Source: a virus (taxonomy: Duplodnaviria > Caudoviricetes). Taken from it: a stretch of 35,503 bases of DNA. The DNA is taken from positions 1 through 35,503 of the IMG/VR virus record IMGVR_UViG_3300020045_002971; one strand, given 5' to 3'. Below the pieces are notes generated by a model. It saw only the letters and a program-made list of their open reading frames with translations. It was not told the origin of the DNA and ran no database searches. Every line of letters begins with the position of its first letter. The first letter of the stretch is position 1. Positions 35,165 to 35,503 of the stretch are shown piece after piece. Both the position numbers and the translations under genes were made by a program.

Positions 35165-35287
35165 CTACCACAATTCAAACATCAACCCAACACAATAAAT
35201 AATCCCGCAGATAATCGCCCCAGCGAAAATTAATACACAGCCGTTTGCGGCTTCTTTGTCGCCGGGCTCTTTTAGATTTTGTTTCAT
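35165..35287 (-). CDS. Small single-TM membrane protein (40 aa)
   Basis: Not in track. MKQNLKEPGDKEAANGCVLIFAGAIICGIIYCVGLMFELW; ATGA overlap upstream and 1 nt from the GT start. Confidence 0.6.
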   Translation of the reverse strand: MKQNLKEPGDKEAANGCVLIFAGAIICGIIYCVGLMFELW

Positions 35288-35382
35288 AAAGTATCTGTTT
35301 TAATTTGATTTTCTACCCATTGCCAAATTGATTGTCTGTAAGCAGCAGCAGCAGCAGCATCAGCAGCAGCAGCAGCAGCAGC
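35284..35382 (-). CDS. 3' part of the junction-spanning Imm5-like / Ala-Tyr-Asp repeat protein
   Basis: AAAAAAADAAAAAAYRQSIWQWVENQIKTDTL-stop, in frame with 462..1 after removing the 121-bp overlap. Confidence 0.8.
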   Translation of the reverse strand, partial: AAAAAAADAAAAAAYRQSIWQWVENQIKTDTL

Positions 35383-35503
35383 ATAAGCAGCAGCAGCAGC
35401 ATAAGCAGCATAAGCAGCATAAGCATAAGCATCAGCATAAGCAGCAGCAGCATAAGCAGCATAAGCAGCATAAGCATAAGCATCAGCATAAGCAGCAGCA
35501 GCA
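35383..35503. repeat. 121-bp terminal direct repeat (right copy)
   Basis: Identical to 1-121. Confidence 0.9.

Noticed and set aside
1-35503. Diversity-generating retroelement, retron, integrase/lysogeny module or alternative genetic code
   Set aside because: No reverse transcriptase, recombinase or CI-like peptidase motifs seen. Genes are intact and densely packed in the standard code, with TAA, TAG and TGA all used as stops

Overview
The window is almost certainly one complete, circularly assembled tailed-phage genome of about 35,382 bp. Bases 1-121 are identical to 35383-35503, and one ORF reads in frame across the join. It looks siphovirus-like: PBSX-type TerL, P22-gp3-type TerS, portal, protease-scaffold, major capsid, tail tube, 715-aa tape measure, M15 endolysin and holin. 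Recurring TAnnTTTG promoter boxes and A-rich, Shine-Dalgarno-less starts point to a Bacteroidota host. Genes fall into four alternating-strand blocks. (+) 4433-10882 is the early/recombination block (HTH regulator, SbcC-like ATPase, RecT, MBL hydrolase, HNH genes). (-) 20048-10879 is head/neck/lysis. (+) 20221-23148 is replication (initiator with internal iterons, DnaC-like ATPase, GH73-like glucosaminidase). (-) 4258 to 1, continuing 35382 to 23168, holds an ECF-like sigma factor, the terminase genes, a tRNA, a five-gene glycan-modification cassette and tail genes. No integrase, DNA polymerase, reverse transcriptase or CRISPR array is visible. The main signals beyond the ORF track are: (1) a three-glycosyltransferase + methyltransferase + N-acetyl-sugar amidotransferase cassette among morphogenesis genes; (2) a kissing-loop/terminator RNA leader on the replication operon; (3) a ~270-nt structured non-coding region; (4) a CGCACAA-N12-CCGTCTTATCT motif before both virion operons, a candidate promoter for the phage sigma factor; (5) a 14-bp palindromic operator at host-type promoters; (6) a hidden -1 frameshift ORF in the tail chaperone; (7) an atypical tRNA(CAT); (8) a signal-peptide-like leader on the capsid protein. 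All functional calls come from motif recognition by eye; no database searches were run.
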